Below are positions 27,751 through 35,493 of a stretch of 35,493 bases of DNA, piece after piece. The notes below the pieces were generated by a model. The model saw only the letters and a list, made by a program, of their open reading frames with translations. It was not told the origin of the DNA and did no database searches. Source of the stretch: Sphingomonas sp. (lineage in GTDB: Bacteria; Pseudomonadota; Alphaproteobacteria; Sphingomonadales; Sphingomonadaceae). The translations under genes and the position numbers were made by a program. Position 1 is the stretch's first letter. Each line of letters begins with the position of its first letter. The stretch covers positions 1 to 35,493 of the forward strand of contig DATLJJ010000467.1 of assembly GCA_035538975.1 (NCBI GenBank), in the 5' to 3' direction.

Positions 27751-28218
27751 ATGCGGTTCGACGACATCGACGTTCGGATTCTCGGCCTGCTACAGGACAA
27801 CGGCCGGATGACCAATGTCGAACTGGCCGAACGCGTGGGGTTGACTGCCCCGCCCTGCCTGCGCCGCGTTCGCGCGCTCGAGCAGCAGGGCGCGATCACC
27901 GGCTATCACGCGGCACTCGATCCCGCGGCGCTCGGCTACAACCTGACCGTCTTCGCGATGGTGAGCCTGAAGAGCCAGGCCGAAAGCGACCTGCGCGCGT
28001 TCGAGGAGCTGGTGGCCGGAATTCCCGAAGTGCGGGAATGTCACATGCTCAATGGCGAAATCGACTTCATTCTCAAGATCGTCGCGCAGGACCTGCAGAG
28101 CTTTCAGCAGATATTGACGACGCGGCTGACGACCGCGCCCAACGTCGAGCATGTGAAGACGTCGCTCACCATCCGCACGTCCAAGGCGCTGCCCGGCGTG
28201 CCCGTCACCGAAATCTGA
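27751..28218 (+). CDS. Lrp/AsnC family transcriptional regulator
   Basis: DDIDVRILGLLQDNGRMTNVELAERVGLTAPPCLRRVRALE. Confidence 0.95.
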   Translation: MRFDDIDVRILGLLQDNGRMTNVELAERVGLTAPPCLRRVRALEQQGAITGYHAALDPAALGYNLTVFAMVSLKSQAESDLRAFEELVAGIPEVRECHMLNGEIDFILKIVAQDLQSFQQILTTRLTTAPNVEHVKTSLTIRTSKALPGVPVTEI

Positions 28219-28251
28219 AAAAGAAAAGGGGCGGCCGCGGGGCCGCCCCTT
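28218..28251. terminator. Terminator between convergent Lrp and TPR genes
   Basis: AAGGGGCGGCC-GCGG-GGCCGCCCCTT with an A-run on the left (U-tract on the minus strand). Confidence 0.85.
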
Positions 28252-28279
28252 CGCTTTCAGCCAGCCGCTGCTCCGCCGA

Positions 28280-29530
28280 TCAGGCGAGCGGCGGGAAGTC
28301 CACCGAGGCGGCCCAGAGCAGCGCGAGATTGGCGTAGGGGCCCGTCTTCACTTGCTGGAACGCCGTGCGCGCCTCGTCCTTGCGGCCGAGCCGCTGGAGC
28401 GCGATGCCGCGGTTCAGGTTGACCTGGTCCGCGTTCACGCCGCCCTTCTGCAGCGCGAGATCGAAGAGCTCGAGCGCCCGGGCGTTGTTGCCCGACGCCA
28501 GATAGGCATCGCCGGTGCTCAACGCGTTCTTGCCGTTGGCCGCCGAAGCCGCCTGCTTCGCCTGCCCGTCGAGCGAGCCTTCGGTGCGCACTGCGCTCTG
28601 CGACGCAGTGTAGATCTGCTGGGCGTCCGAATCGCCCGCCGGGATGACGCCCGACTTGCGACCTTCGTCGATCACCGCCACGGCCTCCCACGGCAGACCC
28701 GCCTGCTGCGCCGTATAGGCGTAGTTGGCATAGTCGCTGCGGCCCGCGAGCGCACGAGTCGAGCGCATCAGGCGGTAAAGATTGAGCTTCTCCGCCTTGT
28801 CGTCGGCGGCACCGAGGCCGAACACCGAGACTCCCCAGCGCCAGTTCTGCACCGTGGGATATTCCTGGATGTAGCGCGTGAGCCACGAGGCGGTCGCGGC
28901 GCGATCGCCGAGCTGATTCACGCGCGGAATCGCGAACTTGTACCACTCCTGCGGCGGCTTGCGGCCCGCGGCCTTGCTCGCCTGGATCGCGCGATCGACC
29001 TCGGCCACGGCCTCGGCCTGCTTCCCCGTACCGGCATAGGCATTGGCGAGCAGCACCGGCAGGTCGGCCTGATCCGAGCCCTGCTCGCGCGCCTTGAGCA
29101 GCACCGGCAGCGCCTCGGCCGGCTTCTTCGCCGCGAGGAGCTGGTCGCCGAGCATGTAGTTGTAGACCGAACCATAGAGCCGCGCCTTGTCGGCCGGCAC
29201 CTTCGGGCTGGTCGAAAGCACCTGAAGCGCCTTCATCTGGCCCGCCTGGTTCTTGCGCTCCAGCTCGAGCTGGAGGCGAAGCGACGCGGCGAAATAGCGC
29301 TCGTCGTCGTTCTTCGCGACGGCCTCGGCCGCAGTGATCTGCGCGTCGGCAGTGGCCATGTCCTTGGCCTTGAGCGCCGTCTCAGCGGCGGCGGCGGGGG
29401 TACGGAACTCGGCGCTGACCTTGAGTTCGGGGGCCTTCTCGGCCTTTTGTGCAGCAGCCGGCGTCGCGACGAGCGCGGGGGTGCCGACCGTCAGCACTGC
29501 GGCCATCGCGAGCCTGGAAACGAACGTCAT
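28280..29530 (-). CDS. Secreted tetratricopeptide-repeat protein
   Basis: Signal peptide (..ATPAAAQ); TPR-like helices (LLANAYAGTGKQAEA, GIALQRLGRKDEARTAF); RBS AGGAG. Confidence 0.85.
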   Translation of the reverse strand: MTFVSRLAMAAVLTVGTPALVATPAAAQKAEKAPELKVSAEFRTPAAAAETALKAKDMATADAQITAAEAVAKNDDERYFAASLRLQLELERKNQAGQMKALQVLSTSPKVPADKARLYGSVYNYMLGDQLLAAKKPAEALPVLLKAREQGSDQADLPVLLANAYAGTGKQAEAVAEVDRAIQASKAAGRKPPQEWYKFAIPRVNQLGDRAATASWLTRYIQEYPTVQNWRWGVSVFGLGAADDKAEKLNLYRLMRSTRALAGRSDYANYAYTAQQAGLPWEAVAVIDEGRKSGVIPAGDSDAQQIYTASQSAVRTEGSLDGQAKQAASAANGKNALSTGDAYLASGNNARALELFDLALQKGGVNADQVNLNRGIALQRLGRKDEARTAFQQVKTGPYANLALLWAASVDFPPLA

Positions 29531-29787
29531 CTAGAAATCTCCTAGTGGGCGGGGAGACGGGACTCCGCCGCCCTCTAGATGGCGGCATCGCCCCGTTCAA
29601 GCGCGACCAGTCGCACGTGCGATGCCAATCGGCGCATGAACGCTGTTTGAATGAGTGCGCAGAAGCGATCGATGAAGCGCGGCGGCGCCCCTCGCGTGCG
29701 CGTACGCGCGGGCGCGCGGGGTTGGCAGGATGCATCGGGCTCGCTAGAGCCATTGCACGACTAGATTCATTCCGAAAGCATGATCAC

Positions 29788-32547
<2,760 letters not shown>

Positions 32548-32555
32548 GACCAGAC

Positions 32556-32579
32556 CCCTCTCCCGCAAGCGGGAGAGGG
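32556..32579. repeat. REP-like palindrome/hairpin after gyrA
   Basis: CCCTCTCCCG-CAAG-CGGGAGAGGG perfect stem, like alphaproteobacterial intergenic palindromes. Confidence 0.65.
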
Positions 32580-32582
32580 CTC

Positions 32583-32942
32583 ATGGAGAGCGCGATGCCT
32601 GATTCGACCGCCTACAAGGTCCTGACCGCCGAGCAGATGTCCGAGCTCGAGCATGCGCGCGTCTTCAACGGCGCGCCGGTGGATCTCGCCGACGGCTTCA
32701 TCCACCTCTCCACCGCCGACCAGCTTCGGGAAACGATCGACAAGCATTTCGCCGGTCAGGAAAATCTCTGGCTGGCCGCAGTCGATCTCGACGCGCTCGA
32801 CGAGACCGTGAAGTGGGAGCCGTCGCGCGGCGGGCAGCTCTTCCCGCACATCTATGGCCCGCTGCCGCTCGACGCCGTGACTGCGTACAGCGAGCTCCAC
32901 TACGAGCCCGACGGTAGCCTCAGGCTTCCCGTTACCGGCTGA
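32583..32942 (+). CDS. DUF952 domain protein
   Basis: AYKVL, DLADGFIHLST, WEPSRGGQLFPHIYGPL; start may be ATG 32595. Confidence 0.9.
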   Translation: MESAMPDSTAYKVLTAEQMSELEHARVFNGAPVDLADGFIHLSTADQLRETIDKHFAGQENLWLAAVDLDALDETVKWEPSRGGQLFPHIYGPLPLDAVTAYSELHYEPDGSLRLPVTG

Positions 32943-33010
32943 GACAAATTGTCCGCTTGCCGCGGCATGCGGCATGGGCAAAGGACCCACGCGTGACCGG
33001 ATCGGCGAAG

Positions 33011-33415
33011 ATGCAGCGAACAAAGGGACAGCGCGCGGCGCTGCTTCTGGTCGCGTGCGCGCTGCTGCTCCGCCTGCTCGTCCCCTCCGGCTGGATGCCG
33101 GTGGCGAACGGCGCGGGGCTTTCGCTCAACTGGTGCAGTGAAAGCGGCGTTGGCCGCGACGTGCCTGCCGAAGCGCACGCGCTGCTCGCCAAGGCGCTGG
33201 GCGACAGGCCCGATCCCACGCACAAGACGCCGGGAGACCAGCCCTGCGCCTTCGCAGCCGCCGCGCAGCCGATGGCCGCTCCGGGGCAGCAGCCTCTCCT
33301 TGCACCGCCCGCCGCCGCCCCCGACCCCGTCCGTCCGGCAGCGCTCGCCACCATTCCGGGCCGCGGCCTCGCCGCGCCGCCTCCGCTTTCCACGGGCCCG
33401 CCGCACCTCGCCTGA
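33011..33415 (+). CDS. DUF2946 family protein
   Basis: LLLRLLVPSGWMP, single Cys (NWCS), PCAFA, C-terminal APPPLSTGPP; directly upstream of a TonB receptor. Confidence 0.8.
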   Translation: MQRTKGQRAALLLVACALLLRLLVPSGWMPVANGAGLSLNWCSESGVGRDVPAEAHALLAKALGDRPDPTHKTPGDQPCAFAAAAQPMAAPGQQPLLAPPAAAPDPVRPAALATIPGRGLAAPPPLSTGPPHLA

Positions 33416-33463
33416 CGCCGCCGCGCGCCGCCTGCGCGCGTTCCCGGGTTCATGTGAGGAATT

Positions 33464-35443
33464 TTGAAAATGCGTACTCTGGTTCGCGCGCTCTACGGCG
33501 CGCCGTTCATGCTTTCCGCCCTCCCCGCGCTCGCGGAGGATACTCCTCCCGACACGCAGGAAATCGTCGTCACTGCGCGCCAGCGCGTGGAAGAAGCCAT
33601 CCAGCGCGTCAACGAGACCCCCGGCGGCGCCGATGTCGTCCCGGCCGAGGATTTCGCCGACAAGGCCGCGGTGTCGCTGCGCGACGCGCTCACCTTCTCG
33701 CCGGGCGTCTATGCCCAGCCGCGCTTCGGACAGGAGGTCCGCATCTCGATCCGCGGATCGGGCATCAGCCGCGGCTATCACATGCGCGGACTCACGCTGC
33801 TGCAGGACGGCGTGCCGATCAATCTCGCTGACGACAATGGCGATTTCCAGGAACTGGACCCGAGCTTCCTCGAGCATCTCGAAGTGTTCCGCGGTGCCAA
33901 TGCGCTGCGCTTCGGCGCCTCGACGCTGGGCGGCGCGGTGAATGGGGTGACCCCCACCGGCCGCTCGTCCAACGGCTTCCGCGTCCGCGTCGACGGCGGC
34001 AGCTTCGAGACGCTGCGCGCGCTGGCGAGCGCAGGCTATGCCGATGCGCGCGGCGACGCCTGGCTGGCGATCGGCGCAGACAGCTCGGCAGGCGACCGTG
34101 ACCATGCCGCGCGCGAGGCGCTGCGCGTCAACGGCAATGTCGGGCTGCGGCTCAGCGAAGGCGTCGAGACGCGCTTCTATGCCAGCGTGCAGAACATCGA
34201 GCAGGAGCTTCCCGGCGCGCTCACCTATGCCGATGTACGCACCACGCCTTCGAAGGGCAGCTTCGCCGGCGACCAGCACCGGGACATCGATTCGATGCGC
34301 CTGCAGAACCGCACGAGCTTCGAGCTCGGCCACGGCAGCCTCGACGTCGGGCTGTTCCTTAACGCCAAGCAGCTCTTCCATCCAATCTTCGAGGTGGTCG
34401 ATCAGAAATCGACCGACTGGGGCAGCTATGCGCGGCTCGATCAGGATTTCGGGGCATTCGGCCTCACCGCGGGCGTGACGGCGCGCTTCGGCACGGTGGC
34501 GTCGAAGCGCTTCCGCAACGTCGACGGCGAACGCGGCGTGCCGACGTTCCGCGCGGACCAGACGGCGCGCACGATCGACGCCTATGCCGAGGGTCGCGTG
34601 CGCCCTGCGCCCGGCCTGACCCTGATCGCAGGGGCGATCTATACGTCGGGCATGCGGCGGCAGGAGCAGAGCTTCCCGATCGTGACGAAGGGCCGCGCCA
34701 GCTTCGATCAGCTCTCGCCGAAGTTCGGCATCCTCTACGAGCCCGCGCCCGACCTGCAGTTCTATGCCAACTACAGCCGCAGTCATGAGCTTCCGGGGTT
34801 CATCGAGCTCGCGCAGCTTGCCGGGTTCGCGCCGCTCGACGCGCAGCGGGCGTGGACAGCGGAGATCGGCGGGCGCGGACGGATCGGACCGCTGCACTTC
34901 GATCTCAGCGTCTATCGCGCCGATCTCGAAGGCGAACTGCTCCAATATTCCGTTCGCGACGATATCCCGGTGTCGACCTTCAACGCGGGCCGGACGCGGC
35001 ACCAGGGCGTCGAGCTGGGCCTCGACCTCGATCTCGCATCCTGGGCGCGTCTGCGGCAGGTCTATCAGTACAACGACTTCCGGTTCCGCGGCGATTCCCA
35101 GTTCGACGGCAATCGGCTTCCCGTCGTTCCCGAGCATTTCTATCGCGCGGCGCTCGAGCTGGGACGCGAGGGGCTCAAGATCGCGCCCAATGTCGAATGG
35201 ATGCCTCGCGGCGCCTGGGTCGACTATGCCAACAGCTTCCGCACCGGCGGCTATGCGCTCGTCGGAATCACTGCGGAGGCGCGGCTGACACCGGCGATCA
35301 CGGTCTTCGCCGATGCCCGCAACCTCGCCGACCGCAAGGCCGCCGGCGATGTCTCCGCGGTGGTCGCCTACACGCCGGCGAGCGCGGTCTTCTATCCGGT
35401 CGAGCGGCGGAGCGTCTTCGCGGGAGTGCGCGCCGCCTTTTGA
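33464..35443 (+). CDS. TonB-dependent outer membrane receptor
   Basis: Signal peptide, TonB box EIVVTA, plug ISIRGSG..RGLTLLQDGVPIN.ADD, FRGANALRFGASTLGGAVN, terminal Phe. Confidence 0.93.
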   Translation: MKMRTLVRALYGAPFMLSALPALAEDTPPDTQEIVVTARQRVEEAIQRVNETPGGADVVPAEDFADKAAVSLRDALTFSPGVYAQPRFGQEVRISIRGSGISRGYHMRGLTLLQDGVPINLADDNGDFQELDPSFLEHLEVFRGANALRFGASTLGGAVNGVTPTGRSSNGFRVRVDGGSFETLRALASAGYADARGDAWLAIGADSSAGDRDHAAREALRVNGNVGLRLSEGVETRFYASVQNIEQELPGALTYADVRTTPSKGSFAGDQHRDIDSMRLQNRTSFELGHGSLDVGLFLNAKQLFHPIFEVVDQKSTDWGSYARLDQDFGAFGLTAGVTARFGTVASKRFRNVDGERGVPTFRADQTARTIDAYAEGRVRPAPGLTLIAGAIYTSGMRRQEQSFPIVTKGRASFDQLSPKFGILYEPAPDLQFYANYSRSHELPGFIELAQLAGFAPLDAQRAWTAEIGGRGRIGPLHFDLSVYRADLEGELLQYSVRDDIPVSTFNAGRTRHQGVELGLDLDLASWARLRQVYQYNDFRFRGDSQFDGNRLPVVPEHFYRAALELGREGLKIAPNVEWMPRGAWVDYANSFRTGGYALVGITAEARLTPAITVFADARNLADRKAAGDVSAVVAYTPASAVFYPVERRSVFAGVRAAF

Positions 35444-35449
35444 CGGCCG

Positions 35450-35455
35450 TTGACA
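35450..35455 (+). promoter_or_regulatory. Possible -35 hexamer for the next gene (ATG 35486, mostly outside window)
   Basis: TTGACA; the -10 element is weak. Confidence 0.3.
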
Positions 35456-35493
35456 TCGCGCGCACTTTGCGGCGAATTGCGCCTCATGGGGAA

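Noticed and set aside
29449-29787. 113-aa N-terminal extension of GyrA
   Set aside because: Overlaps the divergent TPR gene and promoter region; GyrA-like sequence begins near TTG 29788.

Overview
GC-rich alphaproteobacterial chromosome segment, probably Sphingomonas-like (inferred from gene content). The housekeeping flanks carry an M13 peptidase (partial), an acyl-CoA carboxyltransferase, an M48/LysM protease, a GNAT, ettA, an M28 peptidase and dctA on the left. On the right are tRNA-Pro, tRNA-Ile2, a WalW-like deacetylase, an atypical histidine kinase, Lrp, a TPR protein, gyrA, DUF952 and a DUF2946/TonB-receptor pair. Between them lies a ~14.9 kb element integrated in the 3' end of tRNA-Pro(TGG), bounded by a perfect 42-bp att duplication (9480-9521 / 24365-24406) plus a second perfect 34-bp repeat made of 12-bp-period GTGTCA units. 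The element encodes a tyrosine integrase and a compact head-only morphogenesis module (large terminase, portal, scaffold-like protein, major capsid, two head-completion-like proteins, probable small terminase). I could recognise no tail, lysis, protease, primase or replicase gene in it. It looks like a tail-less, capsid-forming phage satellite distinct from described cf-PICIs. Its cargo includes a candidate R-S-E ADP-ribosyltransferase, a PIN-like protein, a serine resolvase with a three-subsite res, a DUF2513 protein and a small gene behind a perfect alphaproteobacterial LexA box. All assignments come from reading motifs by eye; no database searches were run.
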